Shown: positions 36,401 through 46,055 of the stretch, piece by piece | Numbering within the stretch: the first letter of the stretch is position 1 | How the letters are laid out: every line of letters starts with the position of its first letter | DNA from: Synergistaceae bacterium | Lineage (GTDB): Bacteria > Synergistota > Synergistia > Synergistales > Synergistaceae | Direction of reading: 5' to 3' | Assembly: GCA_031258255.1 (NCBI GenBank) | Contig: JAIRNC010000056.1 | Coordinates: 3,428 to 67,427 of the forward strand | Length of the DNA stretch: 64,000 nt | Notes under the pieces: model-generated | What the model saw: the letters and a program-made list of their open reading frames with translations, nothing else | Databases searched by the model: none | What the model was told of the DNA's origin: nothing | Program-made: the position numbers and the translations under genes

Positions 36401-36811
36401 TTACTCGCCGTCTTTTTTTAGCGCCGTCTCGGGCAGGGTGATGATCTCCCCTTCCTGGTCATCCTGGTACCAGATCGTTTCAGCAGGCGAGCGGCGGTCG
36501 CCGTCATCGTCTGTTCTCCTCCGCCTGGCGTTATGAGACGACGTCGTTTTCCCATTGGCGTCCTGCCCGCTGGCGCGTCTGCGCCCCTGCTCCGCCCAGG
36601 GATCCCCATGGGGATGGAACCTGTACGTCTTGAAGACGAACCCGGGCAGGAACCCCGTCCTCGCCAGCAGCATGAAGACCCCGACCGCCAGTATGACGAA
36701 GATCAAAAAACTGACCACAAATGGCAGCATGATCACCAAAAGAGTGAGTATCAGCGCCACTATCGCAAGACCACGCAAAAAACATCCCTCCGACCTCAGC
36801 AGCTCGGACAA
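36401..36811 (-). CDS. Hypothetical membrane protein
   Basis: 136 aa with two hydrophobic helices and a charged Arg/Asp-rich tail. No family recognised. Confidence 0.45.
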   Translation of the reverse strand: MSELLRSEGCFLRGLAIVALILTLLVIMLPFVVSFLIFVILAVGVFMLLARTGFLPGFVFKTYRFHPHGDPWAEQGRRRASGQDANGKTTSSHNARRRRTDDDGDRRSPAETIWYQDDQEGEIITLPETALKKDGE

Positions 36812-36854
36812 CCGACCGTCCTCAATTCTACCAGAGAAACGCTGATGGCCGCAA

Positions 36855-36889
36855 TTTGAAAATCTTTGAAAATCTGAAAATCAGATTTG
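36855..36889. repeat. Tandem TTTGAAAATC repeats overlapping an 8-bp-arm palindrome
   Basis: TTTGAAAATC x2 plus TGAAAATC (36855-36882). AAATCTGA-AAA-TCAGATTT palindrome at 36870-36888. Lies just upstream of the yitT promoter. Confidence 0.6.
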
Positions 36890-36901
36890 GCCTTAACGCT
36901 C

Positions 36902-36930
36902 TTGATATGGCCGCCATTGATTCGTATAAT
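36902..36930 (+). promoter_or_regulatory. Near-consensus sigma-70 promoter
   Basis: TTGATA, 17-nt spacer, TATAAT (36902-36907 / 36925-36930), about 105 nt upstream of the yitT-family start. Confidence 0.6.
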
Positions 36931-37040
36931 CTGTTTTCTCTTCGGCACGTGGGCAGGTCAAAACGCGACGCGCGACGGGGGAGTACAGCGGGCGCTTTTG
37001 CCTGGAGGCGCTCGCTGCGACAAAATCTGTCTGGAGGTAT

Positions 37041-37952
37041 ATGCCTTTGCGCGCGTTTCACGCTGAACATGTCAAGAGGGAACTGCGAAAGTTCATAAAA
37101 ATACTGCCGATACTGGCGAGGGCTGAGTGGAGGACCTTCCTCACTGTATCGGCCGGTGCCGCCGTCTACACGTTCGGGGTAATGTCGTTCACCGTGCCGT
37201 TCCAGTTTCCAGACTCCGGCGTGACCGGAATCGGCGTCCTCCTAAACTACAAGCTGGGGATCCCTCTGCCGCTCTTTGTCTCCGTGGCGAACGTCGTCCT
37301 TCTGGCGTGGGCGTGGAGGGAACTCTCTCTCAGGGTCGTGTTCTGGACGATTTACGGCGTGTTCCTGATCACCGCGCTGATGAGCGTCATGGAAGGGTTT
37401 CCCTTCCCGCACACGGATCAGAGGCTGCTCGTGGCCGTAATCGGCGGCGCCATAAAGGGCTACGGGACAGGCGTCGTCCTGCGCTCAGGCGGTTCCCTGG
37501 GCGGGCTGGACATCGTGGTGCTTTATTTGCAGAAGAAATTCGGCGCCGAGATCGGCAAGTACAGCTTTTACTTCAACATGTGCATCCTGGGCGCGAGCGT
37601 GTTCGTGGTCGGGGTCGAAAACGCCATGTTCGGATTGCTGGCGGTCTACGCCTCAAGCCTCGCCATCGACAACGCCGTCTCGTCCTTCGAAAAGCGCCGT
37701 CTCGTCCTCGTCATAACGCGGGACACGCAATCTGTGATAGACTACATAACGATGACGCTGCGGCGCGGCGCGACGGTCATCTCGGCGCACGGAGGCTATT
37801 CCGGCGACGACAGGCCGATGGTGATGTGCGTCCTGACCAGGCGGCAATCGGTGGATCTCAAGCGCTACCTTTCGGAGACTCAACCGAGGGCATTTATGGT
37901 GTTGTCCGACGCCAGCGAGGTGTTAGGCCGCGGCTTCAAGTCATTGAGGTGA
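37041..37952 (+). CDS. YitT family membrane protein (with DUF2179 C-terminal domain)
   Basis: FLTVSAGAAVYTFGVMSFTVPFQFPDSGVTGIGVLLNY..., and the C-terminal TVISAHGGYSGDDRPMVMCVLTRRQ. Confidence 0.75.
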   Translation: MPLRAFHAEHVKRELRKFIKILPILARAEWRTFLTVSAGAAVYTFGVMSFTVPFQFPDSGVTGIGVLLNYKLGIPLPLFVSVANVVLLAWAWRELSLRVVFWTIYGVFLITALMSVMEGFPFPHTDQRLLVAVIGGAIKGYGTGVVLRSGGSLGGLDIVVLYLQKKFGAEIGKYSFYFNMCILGASVFVVGVENAMFGLLAVYASSLAIDNAVSSFEKRRLVLVITRDTQSVIDYITMTLRRGATVISAHGGYSGDDRPMVMCVLTRRQSVDLKRYLSETQPRAFMVLSDASEVLGRGFKSLR

Positions 37953-38025
37953 CGATTGCTTTGACGGACAGGCTCAGTTTATTTGATTTGGGATCGAAAA
38001 TCAGCCTTGCGGGCGTAAGTTTGGG

Positions 38026-39612
38026 ATGATGGGCGCTTTCCCTTCCGGCATATTGCGCAGTCTGGCCACACGCTTGCTGAGGGTGAGGAGTTCCCGCGGC
38101 GTGTACTTCACCACGACGTTTCTCTCCATGCTCAGTAAGCCACTAGGCTACCTCCGCAGCCTGATAGTGGCCTGGGCGTTCGGGACGTCGGCTGCCATGG
38201 ACGCGTTCCACGCCGCCAGCGGCATCGTGAGCCTCTTCGCCGGCAGCGTGGGGTTCGCCGTGGAGAGCTCCGTGCTGCCGGAGATGGAGCGGATAAGAAA
38301 GGAGTCCGGCGGGGACATGGCCCGTTGCCGGTCGCTCTTTGCCCTGTGCGCATGGGTCGTGCTCGTGCTGACCTGCACACTGTGCGCCGCGTTCGCCATA
38401 GCGCCAGGGGTGCTGGTCAGGTTCATCGCGAGCGGCTTCGACCCGGAGCGCGTCCGCATGGGGGCTCTCATGATCTGGTGGCTCTCGCCGTTTGCGTTCG
38501 CGACCATATTCCGCCCGCTGGCCGACGTCTGGGCCCTCTTCTCTGAGAAGTTCACCACCGCGTCCGTCTGCGGCCTATTGTTCAACTTCATTGCGATACC
38601 TACCCTGCTGCTCTTGAGGCCAGTGATAGGCCCCTACGCCGTAGCGGCCTGTATGAGCGTCGGTCACGGCGTCCTGTTCGTCGTCTTCATGGCCGCCCTC
38701 AGGGGCATACCGATTAAAACAGACAGGGCGCTCGTTTCGAGAAGCAGCCTGTCCAGGATCTCGGCCAACGCGCTCTTCTCCGTGCTCATTTCGTCCTCAG
38801 GCACCCTGTACACCATCGTCGACAAGTACTTCGCCTCCGGGCTGCCAGTAGGCTCGGTGACAGCCATCAGCTACGGCGCGCTGCTCCTGGGGATTGCGAG
38901 CGCGTTTTCCCTGACGCCGCTCTCGTTCTTCCTGGCCAGGATAAGCCGCCTCGTCACGGAAAGCCCGCTGGAAGGAGAGGCGATGACGAGACAGTGCGTG
39001 GCGATCTCGTTTGCCTACATACTCCCGGCTGGCCTCATCACCGCAGTCGCCGCCAGGCCGGTAGTGAGCGTCATCTTCGGCTGGGGCAATTTCGACGAGC
39101 GATCCGTCGCCATGACTGCCACCAGCCTCGCCGGCTACAGCCTTGGGCTCGTCTTCGGGATCTCCGATACGATCATCTACCGTTACGCCCAAGCCCGCCA
39201 GAGGATAGCCGTGATTACGCCAGTCATCTACGCCATGATTGGGGTAAACGCCCTGCTGGACTGGGTGATGGTGGGGCTGTGGGGGCTGTGGGGGCTCGCC
39301 CTGGCCACTAGCGTCACACAGATGTGCGCCTTCGCGGCCTACTATAAATTAACGATGTCCGGCTCGCTCATCAGGTTCCTCTGGGAGTCGAAATTGCACT
39401 GGCAGGCAGCGGCCCTTTCGGCAGTCTGCGCGCTCGTGTCAGCCTCTGGAAGCCTCGGGTCCGCGCTTCAGCTCCTATTCGCCCTAGCGGCCGCCCTGGC
39501 ATACCTGTTCGCGGCCGAAAGGGCGGGCCTCATGCCGCTCGTGCCGGAACACTGGAGGCCAAAGGCCCTGTTCGCATATTTGACACAGGCTTCCAGTTCC
39601 ATTTTGAAGTGA
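38026..39612 (+). CDS. murJ: Lipid II flippase MurJ (MviN)
   Basis: SKPLGYLRSLIVAWAFGTSAAMDAFHAA and about 14 TM segments. Confidence 0.8.
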   Translation: MMGAFPSGILRSLATRLLRVRSSRGVYFTTTFLSMLSKPLGYLRSLIVAWAFGTSAAMDAFHAASGIVSLFAGSVGFAVESSVLPEMERIRKESGGDMARCRSLFALCAWVVLVLTCTLCAAFAIAPGVLVRFIASGFDPERVRMGALMIWWLSPFAFATIFRPLADVWALFSEKFTTASVCGLLFNFIAIPTLLLLRPVIGPYAVAACMSVGHGVLFVVFMAALRGIPIKTDRALVSRSSLSRISANALFSVLISSSGTLYTIVDKYFASGLPVGSVTAISYGALLLGIASAFSLTPLSFFLARISRLVTESPLEGEAMTRQCVAISFAYILPAGLITAVAARPVVSVIFGWGNFDERSVAMTATSLAGYSLGLVFGISDTIIYRYAQARQRIAVITPVIYAMIGVNALLDWVMVGLWGLWGLALATSVTQMCAFAAYYKLTMSGSLIRFLWESKLHWQAAALSAVCALVSASGSLGSALQLLFALAAALAYLFAAERAGLMPLVPEHWRPKALFAYLTQASSSILK

Positions 39613-40418
39613 CCGGCGTGGACATGGTGATATCGAACCTGCGGGCCTTCATAGGGATTTCAGGGTCTCTCGGCGGGTCAAGGGCGCTCGCCCATCCAGA
39701 GGGCCTTTGTGCCTGCGACTGCGGCCTAGGGTCGGCCTACGAAAACTACGCGCTGCTTGAGCCACGGGACACGGGCGATACAGAGCGTCTCGTGGCTATG
39801 GGGTTCGATTTTTTTGTCTCGGCAGGAAGCCCTCACATCTGGCCGCTCTTCCCTAACACGCCGCCCCATGCGCGAGCCCTGCTCGAAGGACGCGGCGCGA
39901 GGCGCGATGACACCTTTTACGGGATGACTGCGCGCCTGACGCTGGAACACAAGGCCGAGCCGGGCGGCACGGCAGACGGCGTCTGGGTCTCCGATCCCCA
40001 AGGCGCCGGGGAATGGGCGGACGCCGCATGGTACGGCTTCGACTCGGGCGAGCCGGCGCCTGAGGGGTTCGTCCGCTTCGCCCGGGAAATCGCGCTCCGG
40101 GATGAGGTCTCGCTCTTCGGCCTCCGCGATCCTGAAAGCGGCCTCATTGCAGCCACGGGCCTCCTCTGCGCGGCTGGCGGCACTGCAGGCATTTACTACG
40201 TCTCATCCCGGCCGGAGTTCAGGCGCAAGGGGTTAGGCACGGTGGTGATGAGGGCGCTCATGGGGCGCGGCTGCGAGCTAGGGCACGAGAACGCGTGTCT
40301 GCTGGCGACTCCTGCCGGACGCCCGCTGTACCGGAGGTGCGGGTTCGAAGAATCCGGCGCCGTCGAGATAATGATCCACGATGGCGCCGCTACAGACGGC
40401 AAGCGCCCGATCCGATAA
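39609..40418 (+). CDS. GNAT family N-acetyltransferase
   Basis: C-terminal RPEFRRKGLGTVVMRALM...LLATPAGRPLYRRCGFEE. Confidence 0.6.
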   Translation: MTGVDMVISNLRAFIGISGSLGGSRALAHPEGLCACDCGLGSAYENYALLEPRDTGDTERLVAMGFDFFVSAGSPHIWPLFPNTPPHARALLEGRGARRDDTFYGMTARLTLEHKAEPGGTADGVWVSDPQGAGEWADAAWYGFDSGEPAPEGFVRFAREIALRDEVSLFGLRDPESGLIAATGLLCAAGGTAGIYYVSSRPEFRRKGLGTVVMRALMGRGCELGHENACLLATPAGRPLYRRCGFEESGAVEIMIHDGAATDGKRPIR

Positions 40419-40464
40419 TAAAACAGGCGGTAACGCTGACGCGCCGTTCTGTGAGGTGAGAGTT

Positions 40465-40854
40465 ATGGACAGGCATCAAGACGCGCCATCGGATTTTTCC
40501 ATCATCCCTGTGACGCCCCTGAGGCGGGTGGAGAAGAAGGGCCGAAAGTGGAGGGCCGTCCCTGACGCGAGCTGGGACGAGGCGTTCCGCGAAAACCTGG
40601 AGAAGGTCGGGGTTAGCGCCCCTGAGGCGCTCAGGAAGACAGAGGAATTCAGAGGAGGGGCCGACGACGCCGCTCTGTGGGACGCCCCCAGGGATCAGGG
40701 CGCGGAGCTCACGATAGAAAGCGCGGAGGATTTCGAGAAGGTGATAGGCGAGATAAAGAGAATGGCCGACGAGCCGGAAAAGCTCATCGAATCGCACATC
40801 AAAGTTTTTATCGAACCCGTCTCCAACGGACGATGGGTTGACTCGCAGGGGTAG
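40465..40854 (+). CDS. Hypothetical protein
   Basis: 129 aa from the ATG at 40465 (GAGGTGAGA upstream). Acidic, no family recognised. Confidence 0.4.
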   Translation: MDRHQDAPSDFSIIPVTPLRRVEKKGRKWRAVPDASWDEAFRENLEKVGVSAPEALRKTEEFRGGADDAALWDAPRDQGAELTIESAEDFEKVIGEIKRMADEPEKLIESHIKVFIEPVSNGRWVDSQG

Positions 40855-40935
40855 ATCGCCAAGAAACCGCAAACATCCTGCCGTCAGGGAACACGCCCCC
40901 TGACGCTCGTCTTTCAAGTCGGCGGCAGATACTGC

Positions 40936-41298
40936 TTAATATTCGGCGTTTACGGATAATCTATTTAAAATAGTATGCCATATAGCATCGGCGGCATTTT
41001 TGGCACCATTGGTCGCCCGGATATGGCTTTGAAGAACCAATGCGGATTCTTTAAAACTGTCGTTTTCCAAAATTCGGCAGACGGATTTCTGAATGTTTCG
41101 GGCATTCCATTTTCGGCGCGGAATGCGAATTCCAGCGCCGCGCGATTCAATATTTGACAGATTGATAAATTGTTCCTGCTGGGCGGCAACGCCGACGACG
41201 GGCGTTCCAGCGACAAGGGCAGTCTGCAAAGTCCCCTGGCCGCCATGACACACTGTATAGTTGTTTTTCTCATAATGTCTCCCCCTGGATGCCGTCAA
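40936..41298 (-). pseudogene. Remnant: C-terminal third of a GT1 (MGT/UDP-glycosyltransferase) family enzyme
   Basis: Only 120 codons. CHGGQGTLQTALVAGTPVVGVAAQQEQFINLSNIESRGAGI matches the GT1 C-terminal nucleotide-sugar motif (HHGGxGT...DQ..NA). An in-frame TAA lies two codons upstream of the ORF and the patch is visibly AT-rich. Confidence 0.6.
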
Positions 41299-41399
41299 GA
41301 ATTATGCGCAAAAACCGCCGGCTCTCTCGCGGGGCGCATGGAGACACTGATGCCATGCCCTCTCCAGCAAGACGAGATCGCCGGCGTCAGGGTGATAAA

Positions 41400-42275
41400 T
41401 CACCCGCCTGGACGGCCATCGCCCTTAAACAGCCTCTGACCGTTCTCCCACACAGCCGCCGCGAGTTCTGCCAGCGGCAGGTTTCTCGTCTCGGCAATTT
41501 TATCGTAAACCTCGCGCACGAAGGCGGGTTCGTTCCTCTTCCCCCTCCTGCCCTGCGGCGCCAGGTACGGGGAATCCGTCTCGCACAGGATCCTGTCGAG
41601 GGGCGCGTACCGGGCGGCCTCTCTCAGCTCGTCTGCCCTCGGGTAAGTCACCGGGCCCGCGAATGATATGTAAAAGCCCATGTCCAGCGCCGCCCTGGCA
41701 TCGCGCCTCTCCCCGGAGAAGCAGTGGATCACCCCGCCGCACGAGTCGGCCCCGGCACCCTTCATTATGGCGATGGCCTCCCGGTACGCGTCGCCGTCGC
41801 TTCGGAGCGCCGCGTTCCTCAGATGGACTATGAGGGGCTTTTTCGCGGCCTTCGCCCAGAATATCTGGCGCTCGAACGCCTCGGCCTGGGCCGCCCTGGG
41901 GGAGTTGTCGTAGTAAAAATCTAGCCCCGTCTCACCGATTGCGACGATCCGATCCGCCCCGGGCTGGCCTAGCAGGGAAAAAACGCCGTCAATGCCGCCG
42001 TCGCCGCTCAGGGCGGCATCAGCCTCATGAGGGTGAACCCCCACGGACGCCCAGAGTTCCGGGCCGGAGGGGCGCTCTTCCGCTGCGATCTTCAGGACGG
42101 CCCTGCTTGAAGCTTCGTCGCACGACGCTACCAATAGCCTCGTGACGCCGGCCTCCAGCGCCCTTTCGAGTACGCCGCCGACCTCGCCCTCGAACTCTTC
42201 CATGTCCAGGTGGCAGTGCGAGTCAAAGAGGTTCACGCCTGGTGCCTGGCGCGGCGCGCTTTTCGCCTCCGTCAT
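41400..42275 (-). CDS. tatD: TatD family metal-dependent hydrolase
   Basis: LFDSHCHLDMEEF, VGVHPHEA, IVAIGETGLDFYY, downstream of metG. Confidence 0.85.
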   Translation of the reverse strand: MTEAKSAPRQAPGVNLFDSHCHLDMEEFEGEVGGVLERALEAGVTRLLVASCDEASSRAVLKIAAEERPSGPELWASVGVHPHEADAALSGDGGIDGVFSLLGQPGADRIVAIGETGLDFYYDNSPRAAQAEAFERQIFWAKAAKKPLIVHLRNAALRSDGDAYREAIAIMKGAGADSCGGVIHCFSGERRDARAALDMGFYISFAGPVTYPRADELREAARYAPLDRILCETDSPYLAPQGRRGKRNEPAFVREVYDKIAETRNLPLAELAAAVWENGQRLFKGDGRPGG

Positions 42276-42287
42276 CTGATATGTCCC

Positions 42288-44297
42288 TCAGCCCACCAAG
42301 GAACCCAGCGGGACGTTATCGTCCACGGTGGCGAGCGCGTAGATCGCCTTCCCGCCCTTCGTAGCCTCCGCCGTTAGGAGCATCCCCTCGCTGGTGATGC
42401 CGCGCAGCTTTGCGGGTTTCAGGTTGCAGATGACTAAGATCCTCTTGCCGGTAAGCTCATCGGCGCTGAACTGCTCCCTGATGCCGGAGACGATCACGCG
42501 CTTTTGCGCGCCGAGGTCGACGAGCAGCTTGTACAGCTTGTCCGATTTTTCCACGGTTTCCACTCGCTCTATCATAGCCACCCGGATCTCCAGCTTTTTG
42601 AAGTCGGCTATGCTTATCTCGCCAAATTTTTCAGCGGGGGCGACCGGCACCACAGATGGATGTTCGGCGGCGGGCCGTTTCGCCGCGTCGCGCCGAGCCT
42701 TCTCCTCCTTCCACTTTGAGATGTCAATCCTCGGGAAGAGGACGGGGCCCTTTTTGACGATTACAGGGGACGGGCAGCGCCCCCACTGCCAGCGCGACAG
42801 GAGCGCCTCCCCAGACGAGAAAGCGCCTCGGTCAAGGCCCAGTTGCGCCCAGATCTCGGCCGCCGTCTCCGGCATGAAGGGGTGAAGGAGGATGGCCGCC
42901 AAGCGCAGGATCTCCCACAGCGTGCGCAGTACGACGTCGAGACGCCCCTCAGGTTCGCTCTGGTCGTCGCGGCCCTTGTTTCCCAGCTTCCACGGCTCGG
43001 TCTCGTCGATGTACTTGTTCCCGGCTGAGATGAGCGTCCAGAGCGTCTTGAGGGCCGAATCCAGGGCGAACTCGTCCATCTCGGCTTTCATTCGTTCTAT
43101 GGCCGCATCTGCCGCCAGGGCTACGGAGCGGTCCGTCTCCTTGGCACAGGCGAGGCAGCCGTCCGCCGGCAACGCCCCGCCCCTGTACTTCTCGATCATC
43201 TGCAGCGTCCTGTTGAGCAGGTTGCCCAGGTCGTTCGCCAGGTCCGAATTGATCCTGTGCGCCATGGCCAGCTCGGAAAAATCGCCGTCGTTGCCGAAGG
43301 GGACCTCGCGGAGCAAAAAGTAGCGAAACGCGTCAGCGCCGTACAACTCAGTCATCTCGAACGGGTCGACCACGTTGCCCTTCGACTTCGACATCTTGTC
43401 GCCCTCGACCGTCCACCACCCGTGGGCGAATACGCGCACCGGCGGGTTGAGTCCCATAGCCATCAGTATCGCGGGCCAGATCACGGCGTGGAAGCGTATT
43501 ATGTCCTTCCCGACCATGTGGCGCGCGTTGGGCCAGTGCGTCTCCCAGAGCCCGCCGGGCTGCGGGTATCCCAGGGCGGATATGTAGTTGACCAGCGCGT
43601 CCAGCCAGACGTAAATGACGTGCTTGTCGTCGCCAGGGACCGATATCCCCCACTTGAGGGTCGTCCGCGAGACCGAGAGATCCTGCAACCCGCCCCTTAT
43701 GAAGCTCAGGACCTCGTTGTACCTGGCCTTGGGCATGATGGCGTCCGGGTGAGCCTCGTAGTGCGCGATCAGCTTTCCCGCGTAATTCGAGAGCCGGAAA
43801 AAATAGCTCTCCTCGGACATCCTCGTGAGAGGCCGTCCGCAGTCAGGGCACGCCCTCTGATCGCCTGCCTGGGCATCCGTGAAGTAGGTCTCGCAGGGGA
43901 GGCAGTACCAGCCCTCGTAGTCGCCCTTATAGATATCTCCCTTGTCCAGGAGCGTCTTGAAAAAATATTGGACGACCTTAGCGTGCCGCTCCTCGGTCGT
44001 CCGTATGAAGTCGTCGTTGGACACCTCGAGCAGCGGCCAGAGCTTCTGGATGTTCACTACCACCTCGTCGCAGAGCTCGATGGGCGTCATCCCGCGTTTT
44101 TGCGCCGCCTGCTCTATCTTCTGCCCGTGCTCGTCCGTGCCGGTCAGAAAGCGCGTCTCGTGTCCTGCCGTCCTGTGCCATCGCGCCAGCGCGTCGCAAG
44201 CGATCGTCGTGTAGGCGTGCCCGATATGCGGGACGTCGTTCACGTAGTATATTGGCGTAGTTATGTAAAAACCGCCGTTATTTTCACTCCTAGTCAT
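42288..44297 (-). CDS. metG: Methionine--tRNA ligase (with C-terminal tRNA-binding domain)
   Basis: FYITTPIYYVNDVPHIGHAYT, KMSKSKGN, Zn knuckle CPDCGRPL. Confidence 0.95.
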   Translation of the reverse strand: MTRSENNGGFYITTPIYYVNDVPHIGHAYTTIACDALARWHRTAGHETRFLTGTDEHGQKIEQAAQKRGMTPIELCDEVVVNIQKLWPLLEVSNDDFIRTTEERHAKVVQYFFKTLLDKGDIYKGDYEGWYCLPCETYFTDAQAGDQRACPDCGRPLTRMSEESYFFRLSNYAGKLIAHYEAHPDAIMPKARYNEVLSFIRGGLQDLSVSRTTLKWGISVPGDDKHVIYVWLDALVNYISALGYPQPGGLWETHWPNARHMVGKDIIRFHAVIWPAILMAMGLNPPVRVFAHGWWTVEGDKMSKSKGNVVDPFEMTELYGADAFRYFLLREVPFGNDGDFSELAMAHRINSDLANDLGNLLNRTLQMIEKYRGGALPADGCLACAKETDRSVALAADAAIERMKAEMDEFALDSALKTLWTLISAGNKYIDETEPWKLGNKGRDDQSEPEGRLDVVLRTLWEILRLAAILLHPFMPETAAEIWAQLGLDRGAFSSGEALLSRWQWGRCPSPVIVKKGPVLFPRIDISKWKEEKARRDAAKRPAAEHPSVVPVAPAEKFGEISIADFKKLEIRVAMIERVETVEKSDKLYKLLVDLGAQKRVIVSGIREQFSADELTGKRILVICNLKPAKLRGITSEGMLLTAEATKGGKAIYALATVDDNVPLGSLVG

Positions 44298-45120
44298 CGT
44301 CCTTTACCTCCGAAGTCTCAATTAAAAAGGCTTTCACCTCGTTGCGTGGTATACTATAACGCTCAAAGAGCGCGCCAGCAATCTCTTTGTCGAAAATCCC
44401 CCGCGCTTTCATGTCCAACGCTTCCGCCCGCCAGTCCGGCGCCTCCGCAGTCTCGCTGCCACCGGCCACGACGATTACGATCTCCCCCTTTATCTCCCTC
44501 GACGCGGCTGTGTCCGCGAGGCCGCTGAGGCTGTCCCTGATGACCTCCTGATGGATCTTCGAGATCTCGCGGACTATGGCGGCGTCCCTGTCACCCAGAC
44601 AGGATAAAAGCGCGGCGAGTTCCCGCGACAGGTCATGCGGCGCCGCGAAGAAGACGAGCGTGGCGTCCAGCCCGGCCAGGCGCTCCAGCTTTTTGAGGCC
44701 CTTCGCACCGACTGCCTCCGGAAAGCCTGCGAACATAAAGGGATACGGCCTTATCCCTGACAGGAGGAGGGCGGGGAGGATGGCGTTAGCGCCCGGCAGG
44801 GCGTCTACAAGGATACCGGCGGAGCTGGCTGCCTCTATAAGGGCATAGCCAGGATCCGATATGCCTGGCGTCCCGGCGTCAGAGACCAGGGCGACCCGCT
44901 CGCCGCCCTGCATTCGCCGGAGCAGCTCCTGGGCGCGGCTTCTTTCGTTGTGCCTGTGGTACGACAGAAGCGGCTTCTTTATCCCGTAGCGGTTCAGGAG
45001 CTTCAGCGTGCGCCGCGTGTCCTCGCAGGCGATCACGTCCGCCAGCCTGAGTTCGCGGAGCGCCCGCAGCGTGATGTCCTCCATGTTCCCGACAGGCGTC
45101 GGCACGATCACCAGCGGCAT
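44290..45120 (-). CDS. rsmI: 16S rRNA (cytidine1402-2-prime-O)-methyltransferase
   Basis: MPLVIVPTPVGNMEDITLRALRELRLADVIACEDTRRT. The ATG at 45120 lies 1 nt after the upstream stop; the track ORF starts 18 codons earlier. Confidence 0.85.
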   Translation of the reverse strand: MPLVIVPTPVGNMEDITLRALRELRLADVIACEDTRRTLKLLNRYGIKKPLLSYHRHNERSRAQELLRRMQGGERVALVSDAGTPGISDPGYALIEAASSAGILVDALPGANAILPALLLSGIRPYPFMFAGFPEAVGAKGLKKLERLAGLDATLVFFAAPHDLSRELAALLSCLGDRDAAIVREISKIHQEVIRDSLSGLADTAASREIKGEIVIVVAGGSETAEAPDWRAEALDMKARGIFDKEIAGALFERYSIPRNEVKAFLIETSEVKDDD

Positions 45121-45121
45121 A

Positions 45122-45949
45122 TCACTGCACCGTCCCGCCGCAATCAGCCGTCTCGCCCAGACGGTACGCTTCAAGGAGGTCTGGGGTGTATTTCCCGTCG
45201 GAGCCCAGGATAAAAAGAGGCGGGTCGATGACGAGGCCGTCCCCCGAGGCGCGGACGGCCTCGACTAAGACGACGGACGCTGCCCTGCCGGGCCTCGGGT
45301 GTACGACGCGCAGACGCTTGGGCCTGACGTTGCTCTGGTTCAGCAGCGAGAACAGCTCTGCCGTCCTCTTGGCTCGCATCACGAGAAAAAATTTTCCCCC
45401 GTTCTTAAGGAGATATCTGGCGGCGCCCACGACATCCGCAAGGCCGCAGCTCGCCCCGTGCAGCGCGGAGGCCATCGCGCCGACAGGGCTCGGCCTGCTT
45501 TTGTCCGACTCGTCGTATGGAGGGTTCATCACTACGGCGTCATAAGAACCTGCCTCGAAATTATCACGGCACTCCCTGAGATCCGCCGTGAAGAAATTCA
45601 CCTCTCCGGACAAGCCGTTTAGCGCGGCGTTCTCCCTGGCGAGGCCGATCAACGACGGGTTGATGTCGAACGCGTCTATCGGCCAAAAGGGCGCCGCCCC
45701 GCGCCCCGACGCCTCCCTTCTGTCCTTCAGCCGCCTGGCGATTATGAGCGACACAGCGCCGTGCGCGCAGCCAAGCTCCACGGCCCTTGCCCCGTCCCGC
45801 AAGCGCGCGTAGTGTGCCAGCAGTATGGTATCCACGTTCACGCGCGGCCCTGCCCCCAAGACGGGCTGGAGCAGGCTGAGCGCGCCGAAAAGGATGCCGT
45901 CTGGCTCGTTTTTTCCCGTGCCGGTGATTTTATCCCTTCTCATCGCCAT
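45122..45949 (-). CDS. SAM-dependent methyltransferase, tRNA1(Val) m6A37 (YfiC/TrmN6)-like
   Basis: VELGCAHG and VVMNPPY motifs, paired with rsmI. Confidence 0.65.
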   Translation of the reverse strand: MAMRRDKITGTGKNEPDGILFGALSLLQPVLGAGPRVNVDTILLAHYARLRDGARAVELGCAHGAVSLIIARRLKDRREASGRGAAPFWPIDAFDINPSLIGLARENAALNGLSGEVNFFTADLRECRDNFEAGSYDAVVMNPPYDESDKSRPSPVGAMASALHGASCGLADVVGAARYLLKNGGKFFLVMRAKRTAELFSLLNQSNVRPKRLRVVHPRPGRAASVVLVEAVRASGDGLVIDPPLFILGSDGKYTPDLLEAYRLGETADCGGTVQ

Positions 45950-46055
45950 AGAATATCATTTTTTCCGAATAAATAAACCTCTCTGAGTTGAGTCTTTTAT
46001 CTTGAAATGTTGTACAATCTATTTGTGTAATTACAAAATAAGGAGGGTTTAGTAA

